Source: a virus | Lineage: Duplodnaviria; Caudoviricetes | Strand: one strand, 5' to 3' | IMG/VR virus record: IMGVR_UViG_3300035102_000153 | Location: 1 to 34,478 of that record | Length of the DNA: 34,478 nt | In this document: piece by piece, positions 1 to 8,307 of the stretch | How the letters are laid out: each line of letters starts with the position of its first letter | Position numbering within the stretch: position 1 is the first letter of the stretch | Translations under genes and position numbers: made by a program | The notes under the pieces: generated by a model | Seen by the model: the letters and a program-made list of their open reading frames with translations, nothing else | Told to the model about the DNA's origin: nothing | Databases searched by the model: none

Positions 1-127
1 AACAATGGAAACGGCATTATTTCATTTACGAAAGCAAGGAAAATTAGAACAATTAGAAAAACAGCTAAAAGACGTTTATGTAGAACGTTTACATAGCAAG
101 TTAATAAATGAATTTGAAAGCTTTTTA
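1..127. repeat. Terminal direct repeat, copy 1 (circular assembly overlap)
   Basis: Bases 1-127 are identical to 34352-34478; 127 is a common assembler k-mer size. Confidence 0.95.
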
Positions 128-427
128 GAAAAAATAAACCTTCCAAACGAATGGTATTTAAAACCTGATGTTTTTTGCTTCCCGGACGGTCTTGAAGAAA
201 ACGATTACCTTTATATTTACTTTGGTAAAGGCAACCGTTTGCCGTTGGTGTCAGCAAGAATAGAAATACATGTGAACTGGGATGAATACGAATTTAGATT
301 GCATCATTGTGTGGTTTCGTTTTCTTATGCTGAATTGAAACTTACACTTTGTCACCCTGAAGACATTGAAAAAATTCTAAGAAACTATGATGATTTTGAT
401 GAAATATTAAGAAAAACGTTTGATTGA
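5..427 (+). CDS. Hypothetical early phage protein (140 aa)
   Basis: ORF whose RBS (AAGGAGGTATAACAATG) is seen at 34342-34358, across the circular junction. Confidence 0.8.
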   Translation: METALFHLRKQGKLEQLEKQLKDVYVERLHSKLINEFESFLEKINLPNEWYLKPDVFCFPDGLEENDYLYIYFGKGNRLPLVSARIEIHVNWDEYEFRLHHCVVSFSYAELKLTLCHPEDIEKILRNYDDFDEILRKTFD

Positions 428-442
428 AGGAGGAGGAATGAA

Positions 443-850
443 ATGGCAGGTAAAGAATGGATTGAACTTATAGAAAAGGAAGAAACTAAGAATAAAATAA
501 AAAGGCTAATAAAAAAAATAATTTTAAAAGCCCTTAAAGAAGATGGAGAGTTGTATACTTTTTGGCTATATATTGATTCTAAAGGAGATCCACACATGAA
601 GCGTACACGAATGGGAGATTGTTTTGAGGAGAATACCGAATATTACATTATCAGAAATTTTGACGTAACTAATACAAACTTTTGTTCTTATTTGAAAAAT
701 CTTGAACAATGCGTTGAATACGATTTAAGGCTAACAGTTGATATGTTGAGACAAAAAATTCATGACACAGAACAAGGAATAAGTTTTTACTGCCCTCGAA
801 GTTTTTCACCTTTACCGGAAAATTTAACAACAAAGGGGGAAAAAGAATGA
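443..850 (+). CDS. Hypothetical early protein, probable paralog of 34020-34343 and 29838-30134
   Basis: GGAGGAGG RBS; N-terminus MAGKEWIELIE resembles MDGKQWVKLIE. Confidence 0.8.
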   Translation: MAGKEWIELIEKEETKNKIKRLIKKIILKALKEDGELYTFWLYIDSKGDPHMKRTRMGDCFEENTEYYIIRNFDVTNTNFCSYLKNLEQCVEYDLRLTVDMLRQKIHDTEQGISFYCPRSFSPLPENLTTKGEKE

Positions 851-1188
851 AAAAAGAAGAATTGAAAGAAATAATAAAAAAGAAAATTGGAAATTCCAAT
901 CTTATGGAAGCAGAAGTTAGTTTAGAAAAGTTAAAAGAAATTGAAATAACAGAATATCAAAGATGGATCGATGAAATTAATGGCTTTGAGAAATGTAGAA
1001 TTCCACAAGAAGACCTAATAAACAACGGAAAAATTCTGTACATATTCAGATTAAACGCTTCATATGTAGAAAGCTATTTGAAATTTGATGGAAAAATATT
1101 TCATGGCGGCAGACGTAAATTTTGGTATAGTTTAGATAGTTGGGAATTAGAAATGTATAGAAAAATTTTAGAACAAACTACTAACTAA
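847..1188 (+). CDS. Hypothetical protein (113 aa)
   Basis: GGGGG RBS at 835-839; start overlaps the upstream stop (ATGA). Confidence 0.75.
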   Translation: MKKEELKEIIKKKIGNSNLMEAEVSLEKLKEIEITEYQRWIDEINGFEKCRIPQEDLINNGKILYIFRLNASYVESYLKFDGKIFHGGRRKFWYSLDSWELEMYRKILEQTTN

Positions 1189-1282
1189 ATGTATATCTCT
1201 TGAAAGTTGGACTGGAATTGTATTCATTCTTGTTGGAGATTATTGGAATTGTAAAAAAGAAAAAAGGAAATAAAAAAGGAGG

Positions 1283-1639
1283 ATGATTAAAATGGTAAGT
1301 ACACTTTTATATATGCTTAGAAAAGACGAATATATTGTTATTAGTAAAACATTAATAAGATCTTTGGGGCTTGAAGCGGCACTTTTATATAGTGAACTAG
1401 TAGAACAAAGAAGGCGTTTTGAACAAAGGCATGAACTTAAAGATCTATACTGGTTTCATGTATCACCACAAGAAATTGAAAAGAACACTGGTTTGACTTT
1501 ACCCGCACAAATGAAAGCTATTGAAACTTTGAAATATTATAACCTTATAAAAACACAAGGTACTACAGATTATATTTACTTCATGGTTATGGACGATGAA
1601 TATACACTTAGAAACGTTTTAGAAGCTGGAAAAGATTAG
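1283..1639 (+). CDS. Winged-helix protein resembling the N-terminal domain of phage replication initiators
   Basis: Pattern YIVISKTLIRSLGLEAALLYSEL...WF...EIEKNTGLT..Q..AIETL; GGAGG RBS (true start may be 1292). Confidence 0.65.
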   Translation: MIKMVSTLLYMLRKDEYIVISKTLIRSLGLEAALLYSELVEQRRRFEQRHELKDLYWFHVSPQEIEKNTGLTLPAQMKAIETLKYYNLIKTQGTTDYIYFMVMDDEYTLRNVLEAGKD

Positions 1640-1652
1640 CAAATAAATTGTT

Positions 1653-1696
1653 GAACCCCTAAATTTGGGGCTTGCAATTCCTACCTTTAGGGGTTC
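1653..1696. repeat. Inverted repeat / hairpin (possible terminator or operator)
   Basis: GAACCCCTAAA (1653-1663) pairs with TTTAGGGGTTC (1686-1696); a nested CCCC-TAAATTT-GGGG hairpin is also possible. Confidence 0.55.
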
Positions 1697-1717
1697 TTGT
1701 TTAAATCTATAAATATA

Positions 1718-1746
1718 TTGACTTTTTTAAATGACCATGTTATAAT
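1718..1746 (+). promoter_or_regulatory. Sigma70/SigA-type promoter of the replication operon
   Basis: TTGACT-17 bp-TATAAT with an extended TGn motif. Confidence 0.8.
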
Positions 1747-1796
1747 ATATAAGAAAGAAAAACTAAAAAAGAATAAAATTAATGGGAGGTAATAAA

Positions 1797-2102
1797 ATGG
1801 CAGTTTTTAAAGCTAACAAAAGCAACGATGTTCTTGTTTTCAACAACGAATTTCTTAAACGTAAAGATCTTAGCTTAAAAGCAAAAGGATTATTGATCTT
1901 CTTATTGTCACTTCCTGAAAACCAAAAAATACATAAGTCAGAATTGAAAAAACATTTTAAAGACGGTCAGACAGCTATTAATACCGCATTCAACGAATTA
2001 GTTGAAAAAGGTTATATAGTTGTACACAAAAAACGAGTTAACGGGCGTTTAGACTATGAATATGACATATACAACATCCCACAAATAAAAGGATGTGAAT
2101 GA
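1797..2102 (+). CDS. Stand-alone helix-turn-helix protein like a phage initiator N-terminal domain
   Basis: NNEFLKRKDLSLKAKGLL..LLSLP...ELVEKGYI motif; GGAGGT RBS precedes ATG 1797. Confidence 0.7.
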   Translation: MAVFKANKSNDVLVFNNEFLKRKDLSLKAKGLLIFLLSLPENQKIHKSELKKHFKDGQTAINTAFNELVEKGYIVVHKKRVNGRLDYEYDIYNIPQIKGCE

Positions 2103-3043
2103 AAATGGCAATAGATGAACTAAATCGACGATTCAATGATGGCTATGGTATTATTTTTAGATCTGTAATGCGGGACACAAGCTTGTCAATAGGTGCTAAG
2201 GCTGTTTATGCTTACCTTTGTACCTTCGCTGGAAATAAAAAAACAGCCTTCCCTTCAAGAAAATTAATGTGTCACGAACTTGGAATAAACAAAGACACTT
2301 TAACAAAATATATGAGGAACTTGCTTGATGCTGGCTATATAAAAAAAGAACAAAAAAAAGTCAGTGGTAAATTTGCACACAATGTTTATACAATTTACGA
2401 CATCCCTGAAAGTCAATCGGTTGAAAATACCGTGTCCGAAAATTTCCGACTCCGAAAATTTCCGACTCCGAAAATTTCGACCACTAATAATAACAGTAAT
2501 TCTAATAATAACATAGATCTAAATAATATATATATAGTCGAAAACGAAAAAACTTCAGAAACAGAACAAATTCCTTACCAAGAAATAGTAGAATACCTTA
2601 ATGAAAAAACCGGTAAACAATATAGGTATACTACACCAAAAACAAGAGAACTAATAAAAGCACGATGGAAAGAAGGTTTTACACTGGAAGATTTTAAGAA
2701 AGTAATTGACAATAAAACGCTATTATGGAAAGGTGAAAAAGAAGAAATTTACCTACGACCTGTAACGCTTTTTGGAACTAAGTTTGAAAGCTACTTAAAT
2801 GAAGACCCAGACATTATTTTGAAAATGAAGAAGAAAGAAAAGCAAAAAGAAGAATTTAATATTCAAGAATTCTTTGATGACCTTGAAATTGATTACATTA
2901 TTGAACTTACTGGGAATGAATATATGGCAAAAAAGCGATTCAATGAATTTGCTGAAAAGTCTGGTGTAGACAAAGATCAAAGAACATTGTTTAAAGAATT
3001 CAGTACATGGTGTAGAAAGCTAAGGGATGGTGAGCGTGTATGA
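2099..3043 (+). CDS. Phage replication initiator (N-terminal HTH plus conserved phage C-terminal domain)
   Basis: LSIGAKAVYAYL...AFPSRK..ELGINK HTH; IVEYLNEKTGK...LIKARWKEGF...YLRPVTLFGTKFESYLN C-terminal motif; immediately upstream of dnaB. Confidence 0.85.
   Translation: MKMAIDELNRRFNDGYGIIFRSVMRDTSLSIGAKAVYAYLCTFAGNKKTAFPSRKLMCHELGINKDTLTKYMRNLLDAGYIKKEQKKVSGKFAHNVYTIYDIPESQSVENTVSENFRLRKFPTPKISTTNNNSNSNNNIDLNNIYIVENEKTSETEQIPYQEIVEYLNEKTGKQYRYTTPKTRELIKARWKEGFTLEDFKKVIDNKTLLWKGEKEEIYLRPVTLFGTKFESYLNEDPDIILKMKKKEKQKEEFNIQEFFDDLEIDYIIELTGNEYMAKKRFNEFAEKSGVDKDQRTLFKEFSTWCRKLRDGERV
2435..2537. repeat. Putative replication origin: three 16-bp iterons plus an AT-rich tract inside the initiator gene
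   Basis: TCCGAAAATTTCCGAC at 2435 and 2451, TCCGAAAATTTCGAC at 2467, followed by a TAATAA/TATATA-rich stretch. Confidence 0.75.
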
Positions 3044-4341
3044 ACGTTATAGAACAAAAGGCAGAACAAATAATAATAGCTTCCATTCTAGCAAAGCCTG
3101 AATTGTTTGATGAAGCAATAAAAAAAATTTCCCCCGAAGACTTCATCAACCAGAAAAACCGTGACATTTTTCAAGCTATGAATGAAGCATTTCTAGGGGG
3201 AAAACTGCCTACTTTCATGAATATTATACCACACATTAAAGCCACTAGTCAAGAATATTTCATAAAATTGATGGAAGTAACACCGATGTATTTGGACTTT
3301 TCGCTGGCTTTGGAAGAAATACGTGAATATAATAAAAAAAGAAAACTGAAAGAAGCGGTCGTAGAATTGAATGCAATGCTTAGCAGAAATGAATTCAAAC
3401 CTGAACAATTGGCAAGCTTGTACAGTGAAAAGCTTGGGAACATAAAAAATGTAGATGAAGAAGAAAGTAACGATGTAACTGAACTTGTTGATGACATTTT
3501 AGAAAGAAAAAGAAAGCTTGAAAATGGTCAAAGTCTTATAGAAATAACTACTGGCTATAACAGTTTGAACTGGCTTACCGATGGCTTCCACAAAACAGAA
3601 TTGACAATTATAGCGGCTAGACCAGCTATGGGAAAAACAAGTGTAATTTTGAACTTTATGTTAAGACAACTTAAAGAAAACATTCCTATTTTATTCTTTT
3701 CTTTAGAAATGTCAAAAAATTCATTGTACAAGCGTCTGTTTTCAATTATTTCAGGTGTAGACGCTGGCAAAATAAACAAAGGTCAATTGAACGAAAGTGA
3801 AGTCAAGAAAATAATAGCAGCTGCGGACTTTCTAGAAAGCAAACGTGACAAACTATTTATAATTGACAAGTCTAGCATAACTATAAATGACATGATCGTT
3901 GAAGCTAAAACAATGAAGAATAAAGGTATACAAGTAATTTATATTGACTATTTACAGCTGTTGAATACAGATAGCGTTTATAAAAATCGTGCGATTGAAA
4001 TGGGTGAAATAAGTAGAAATTTGAAAATACTTGCAAAAGAACTGGACGTTGCTGTTGTAGCCGTAGCACAGTTAAACAGGGAAGTAGAACACAGAACAAA
4101 CAAAAGACCGAATTTAGCCGATTTAAGAGACTCAGGAGAAATTGAGCAAAACGCCGATAACGTCTGGTTCTTGTACAGGGAAGGCTATTACTTAGAACAA
4201 ACTGGCGAACAAAGTAGCAATGACAGTCAAACGGAACTAAGCATAGCAAAGCACAGGAACGGACCTACGGGTGTTGTGAATTTGGTTTTTAGGAAAAATA
4301 CACTTGAATTTTTAGAGGAGTCAACTGCAACCCACGTCTAA
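3040..4341 (+). CDS. dnaB: Replicative DNA helicase DnaB
   Basis: Walker A AARPAMGKT, FFSLEMS, IDYLQL, QLNREVE, DLRDSGEIEQNAD, IAKHRNGPTG. Confidence 0.97.
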   Translation: MNVIEQKAEQIIIASILAKPELFDEAIKKISPEDFINQKNRDIFQAMNEAFLGGKLPTFMNIIPHIKATSQEYFIKLMEVTPMYLDFSLALEEIREYNKKRKLKEAVVELNAMLSRNEFKPEQLASLYSEKLGNIKNVDEEESNDVTELVDDILERKRKLENGQSLIEITTGYNSLNWLTDGFHKTELTIIAARPAMGKTSVILNFMLRQLKENIPILFFSLEMSKNSLYKRLFSIISGVDAGKINKGQLNESEVKKIIAAADFLESKRDKLFIIDKSSITINDMIVEAKTMKNKGIQVIYIDYLQLLNTDSVYKNRAIEMGEISRNLKILAKELDVAVVAVAQLNREVEHRTNKRPNLADLRDSGEIEQNADNVWFLYREGYYLEQTGEQSSNDSQTELSIAKHRNGPTGVVNLVFRKNTLEFLEESTATHV

Positions 4342-4363
4342 AGACTGGGGGAGAGCTTAGACC

Positions 4364-4613
4364 GTCAACTACAACCCACGTCAAAGACGGAGACTTGAAG
4401 CCTCGGAGTTGACCAGCTTCAGCCAGAGCTGAAAAGCTATCGGGCTACGTTATTCTGGTTATGACACCTTGGAATGCTGGAGCCAGTTCCAAGCCCTGTC
4501 GTTCAACATTAAACAGGTTTACGGGGTTTAAAAACCAGTGTGTTGAGCGTAAAAAGCTAGAATAACATTAGCGAGGCTCACTTTAACCCGAAAGGGAGAG
4601 GGAGGTAACTTCC
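4364..4613 (+). ncRNA. omegaRNA (HEARO-like) scaffold of IscB
   Basis: GTCAACT (4364) pairs with AGTTGAC (4407); typical blocks CTACGTT, CTTGGAATGC..GTTCCAAG, TTAAACAG, AACATTAGCGAGG and a CCCGAAAGGG hairpin directly upstream of iscB. Confidence 0.85.
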
Positions 4614-5909
4614 ATGGAAAAGAAATTAGTACAACGAGTTTTTGTGTTAGATAAAAACAAGAAACCACTTATGCCCTGTCATCCTGCTAGGGCAAGAGAA
4701 TTATTAAAGAAAGGTAAAGCTGCTATATTTCGATATTATCCGTTCACTATTATTCTTAAAGAACGTGAAGGTGGTAATGTTCAACCTATGCAGGTTAAAA
4801 TCGATCCTGGAAGTAAATATACTGGAGTTGCTTTAGTAGCAGATTTTAAACGTGGTAAAAAAGTTGTTTGGGCTTCTGTGATTCAACACAGAGGGCATGT
4901 AATTAAGAAGGATTTAGATACCCGTAGGGCTGTAAGACGTTCTCGTAGAAACCGAAAGACAAGATACAGGCAACCGAGATTTTTAAATAGAAAGAGAAAG
5001 GAGGGTTGGTTACCACCTAGTCTCTTAAGTCGTGTAGATAACACTATTACATGGGTTAAACGTATTAGACACTTTGCACCAATTACAGGTATTTCAATGG
5101 AGTTAGTCCGTTTTGATACTCAGAAACTTGAGAACCCAGAGATCAAAGGTGTAGAGTATCAACGAGGAACATTGTATGGATATGAAGTAAAAGAGTATCT
5201 TCTTGAGAAATGGGGTAGAAAATGTGCGTATTGTGGTAAAGAAAATGTACCGTTAGAAATAGAACATATCATACCCAAATCTAAAGGAGGTTCAAACAGA
5301 GTATCAAATCTTACATTAGCTTGTCACGAATGCAATCAAAAGAAAAATAATCAATCTATCGATGAGTTCTTAGCTAATAACCCTAAAAAACTGAACCAAA
5401 TCAAGGCAATAGCAAAGAGCCCACTCAAAGATGCAGCAGCAGTAAACGCAACACGTTGGTATCTATTTAACCAGTTAAAGAAAGAAGGGTTATTTCTTGA
5501 AGTCGGAACAGGAGGGCGTACGAAGTACAATCGCGAAACACAAAATTATCCCAAGGAACATTGGATAGACGCAGCTTGTGTAGGGGAAAGTGGTTCTAAT
5601 GTTCAACTCGAACCTGATATGCAAGTCTTAGAAATTAAAGCAATGGGACATGGGATGCGTAGAATGTGTTCTGTAGATAAATATGGGTTCCCAAAGAGTT
5701 ATCGCCCAAAAGAACGAACATATATGGGGTACAAAACAGGAGACATGGTGTTGGCAAACGTACCAAAAGGGAAAAATAAAGGTATCCATATTGGGCGAAT
5801 TGTAATACGGCATAAGCCAAATTTCAAGGTGAATGATATTGATGGTATAAATCCAAAATATCTTACATTATTACAAAAAAATGACGGTTATGGGTACCAA
5901 ATATCTTAA
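4614..5909 (+). CDS. iscB: RNA-guided endonuclease IscB
   Basis: PLMP motif, RuvC-I IDPGSK, Arg-rich RRSRR bridge helix, RuvC-II ELVRFD, HNH (CAYC..EHIIP..NLTLAC..CN), RuvC-III HWIDA. Confidence 0.96.
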   Translation: MEKKLVQRVFVLDKNKKPLMPCHPARARELLKKGKAAIFRYYPFTIILKEREGGNVQPMQVKIDPGSKYTGVALVADFKRGKKVVWASVIQHRGHVIKKDLDTRRAVRRSRRNRKTRYRQPRFLNRKRKEGWLPPSLLSRVDNTITWVKRIRHFAPITGISMELVRFDTQKLENPEIKGVEYQRGTLYGYEVKEYLLEKWGRKCAYCGKENVPLEIEHIIPKSKGGSNRVSNLTLACHECNQKKNNQSIDEFLANNPKKLNQIKAIAKSPLKDAAAVNATRWYLFNQLKKEGLFLEVGTGGRTKYNRETQNYPKEHWIDAACVGESGSNVQLEPDMQVLEIKAMGHGMRRMCSVDKYGFPKSYRPKERTYMGYKTGDMVLANVPKGKNKGIHIGRIVIRHKPNFKVNDIDGINPKYLTLLQKNDGYGYQIS

Positions 5910-5926
5910 AAATAGGAGGGAAAAGT

Positions 5927-6373
5927 ATGAGTTTCAATAAAGTTATTATGGCAGGTAGGTTGACAAAAGAGCCAGAAAGAAGAGTTTCAGGTGAAGGGAA
6001 AACATTTGTAAATTTCACGTTAGCAGTGAACAGGAACTACAAGTCGAACGAAGCAGACTTTTTTGACTGTGTAGCATTTGGAAATACTGCTGATTACATT
6101 TTAAACTATGTTAGAAAAGGCTATTTAGTGCTTGTGGAAGGCAGTCTACAAATAAACAAGTGGACTGACCGAAACAATGTGAACCATTCAAAGCCTGAAA
6201 TAATCGCAAATGTAGTCAAGAACTTTGAAACTAAGAAGAAAGAAAACGCAGAAGAATATGCAGAAAAAGAAGAAAAAAGTACCAAAACAGAAGAAGAAAA
6301 CGAATTTGAAGAAGAACAGCTTTTTGAAGGTTTGGAACTTGACGACTTGGACGATGGATCACCATTAAGGTAA
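5927..6373 (+). CDS. ssb: Single-stranded DNA-binding protein
   Basis: NKVIMAGRLTKEPE...FTLAVNR...ADFFDCVAFG..A...KG.LVLVEGSLQ; acidic C-terminal tail. Confidence 0.95.
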   Translation: MSFNKVIMAGRLTKEPERRVSGEGKTFVNFTLAVNRNYKSNEADFFDCVAFGNTADYILNYVRKGYLVLVEGSLQINKWTDRNNVNHSKPEIIANVVKNFETKKKENAEEYAEKEEKSTKTEEENEFEEEQLFEGLELDDLDDGSPLR

Positions 6374-6394
6374 ATAAAAAGGGGGTAAAGGAAA

Positions 6395-6781
6395 ATGAAT
6401 GAAAACATGGTAGATATTAACGAATTTTTAGACCAGTTGGCAGATCGTTTTGCTGACAGATTGACAAAAGGGTTAATTGGTGGTGAAAAAAGTAAAGAAA
6501 TTGAAGAACTTGAACAAACAAACCACGAAATTATAGAAAAGAACAAAGCGTTATTAGAAGAAAACAAGAATTTAAGATGGCAATATGAACAAGGGCAGAC
6601 AGAAAAAGACAAACTTATGGAAGAAATTGAAGCTTTAAGGAAGGAAAACGAAAGGTTGAAATGGGCAGAAAGAAAACGGGCTTCTTGGGAAGAAGCGTTT
6701 CATAAAATGTTTATTAAAGCCCAGGCATTGCAAAATAAGTTAGAAACGCTTGAACAAGAAAAAGAAAAAAAGGAATGTTAA
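6395..6781 (+). CDS. Coiled-coil protein, paralog A
   Basis: Heptad-rich; N-terminal ~36 aa nearly identical to 6811-7266. Confidence 0.8.
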   Translation: MNENMVDINEFLDQLADRFADRLTKGLIGGEKSKEIEELEQTNHEIIEKNKALLEENKNLRWQYEQGQTEKDKLMEEIEALRKENERLKWAERKRASWEEAFHKMFIKAQALQNKLETLEQEKEKKEC

Positions 6782-6810
6782 ATAAAAAATTCAATTAAGG
6801 GGGTATTAGA

Positions 6811-7266
6811 ATGAATGAAAACATGGTAGATATTAACGAATTTTTAGACCAGTTGGCAGATCGGTTTGCTGACAGGTTGGCAAAAGGGCTAACTGGTGGC
6901 GAAAAAAGTAAAGAAGTAGAAAAAATTAACCATGCTTATAATGAATTGGTAGCGAAAAACAAAGTGCTTTTACAAGAAAATGAAAGTCTTAGGCATTGGT
7001 ATGAACAGCTTGAAAAAGATGTAGAAGCATTACAAAAAGAAAAGAAAAAGTTAAACGATGTAATTATGCAATATGAAAACCAAAACTTGAAATTGATGGA
7101 AAGTAATAAGTCACTTGTTGAAGAAATAGAAAAATTGAAAAAAGAAAATCAGTTATTAGCAAAAGAAAATAGCTTTCTTGAAGACAATGCTGAACGATTT
7201 AGACTGGAAAACGAAAAATTAAAGAAGATGTTGGACGGTGATTGGAATTTAGGATTTAAAAAATAA
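6811..7266 (+). CDS. Coiled-coil protein, paralog B
   Basis: Heptad-rich; shares its first ~107 nt with 6395-6781. Confidence 0.8.
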   Translation: MNENMVDINEFLDQLADRFADRLAKGLTGGEKSKEVEKINHAYNELVAKNKVLLQENESLRHWYEQLEKDVEALQKEKKKLNDVIMQYENQNLKLMESNKSLVEEIEKLKKENQLLAKENSFLEDNAERFRLENEKLKKMLDGDWNLGFKK

Positions 7267-7364
7267 AAGGGGGTTATAAGATGACTAATTGGAAGTATTT
7301 TAGAAAACATAGACAAAATTGAAAATTTTGGCAAAGAATTTAAAAAAATACTGGAGGTGGGGAA

Positions 7365-7493
7365 ATGAATGGTAACAAAGAAATAGAAGGAAAAACAACT
7401 GTGGTAACTGAAGCAAGGGTATTAGAACAGTTGGAAGTTTTAACGGATGTTTTTTATATGGAACTAAATTATTGGAAGGAACGCAAATTTTAG
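7365..7493 (+). CDS. Small hypothetical protein (42 aa, MNGNKEIEGK...)
   Basis: GGAGGTG RBS and an open frame below the ORF-track size cutoff. Confidence 0.5.
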   Translation: MNGNKEIEGKTTVVTEARVLEQLEVLTDVFYMELNYWKERKF

Positions 7494-7516
7494 AAAGAAC
7501 AAAAGGGGTGAAGTGA

Positions 7517-8047
7517 ATGTTTACTAATGAAGCTGTTATGAAGGCATTTCAGAAGTTGGAAAAGAAATTAGATGATATAGAAAAAAGTATACAAAGTTTA
7601 AAAGAACAATATTCAAGTGAACAGGTATATTTTACAATTGAAAGCAAAAGTATCAAAAATACTGCTAGAATAGACTTGAAACTACACAAGGGTGACGTCG
7701 GGGTAGTAAGACTGCCTATAAAATATATGACGGGGAAAATGCATACAGACAATAACGGTTATTACGTACAAGAATGGAATATTAGCACAATGGCTATTTC
7801 ATCGCCCTTAAAAAAGAAACTCGAAAGCTTTTCTATTACACCCGAAGGTGAAGAAAATTTCTTAAAAGAACACACTTTTTATGATGAAAATAAATTACCA
7901 GATTGGTTTTATGAAACAAAGTTGTATCTGGAAAATGGTACAGTAGTGCCTGTAAGACATGTGGGGTATATAACTTTCGTAATGGACGGGGTTTTTGAAG
8001 AAGGCAAATACTGGAACGTTGATATGAAAGTAGAAGAAATTATTTAA
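7517..8047 (+). CDS. Hypothetical protein (176 aa)
   Basis: GGGGTG RBS; N-terminal coiled coil followed by a beta-rich region. Confidence 0.75.
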   Translation: MFTNEAVMKAFQKLEKKLDDIEKSIQSLKEQYSSEQVYFTIESKSIKNTARIDLKLHKGDVGVVRLPIKYMTGKMHTDNNGYYVQEWNISTMAISSPLKKKLESFSITPEGEENFLKEHTFYDENKLPDWFYETKLYLENGTVVPVRHVGYITFVMDGVFEEGKYWNVDMKVEEII

Positions 8048-8067
8048 AAATTAAAGGGGGAAATAAA

Positions 8068-8307
8068 ATGAATGATGGTAGAAGCCAAGTAAGTGAAGAA
8101 ATAAGAATGTTAGACATGTTGTTGGAACTTATAGACACTAAGCTAAAAAGTTTATTTGCTGAACGGGAACTAATGCAAAGGTTTTATTATTCAAAAGAAA
8201 TGGACTACGAAATGACTAAGGAAATTCTTGAATACCAACGACTGTACAACTACGTTGAAGAATGGAAGGCTGCTATAATGGCTATAGCAAGTGAAAGTGA
8301 CAAATGA
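8068..8307 (+). CDS. Hypothetical helical protein (79 aa)
   Basis: GGGGG RBS; translationally coupled to the next gene. Confidence 0.7.
   Translation: MNDGRSQVSEEIRMLDMLLELIDTKLKSLFAERELMQRFYYSKEMDYEMTKEILEYQRLYNYVEEWKAAIMAIASESDK

Larger units (their letters stand above)
4320..5909 (+). mobile_element. Non-autonomous IS200/IS605-family IscB (OMEGA) element
   Basis: GTCAAC end with hairpin, omegaRNA and iscB; word usage differs from the core genome; no tnpA in the window. Confidence 0.85.

Noticed and set aside
1-127. Biological terminal repeat
   Set aside because: The length equals a common assembler k-mer and the repeat cuts through a gene start, so a circular overlap is more likely
1189-1286. 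Short hydrophobic/basic peptide frame resembling a type I toxin
   Set aside because: No convincing RBS or start codon
4320-4413. True CRISPR array
   Set aside because: Only two degenerate copies, an intervening segment that partly aligns with the repeat unit, and no cas1/cas2
7281-7368. Gene after the GGGGG RBS at about 7269
   Set aside because: Stops after 13 codons; an overlapping frame may be a remnant, but support is too weak
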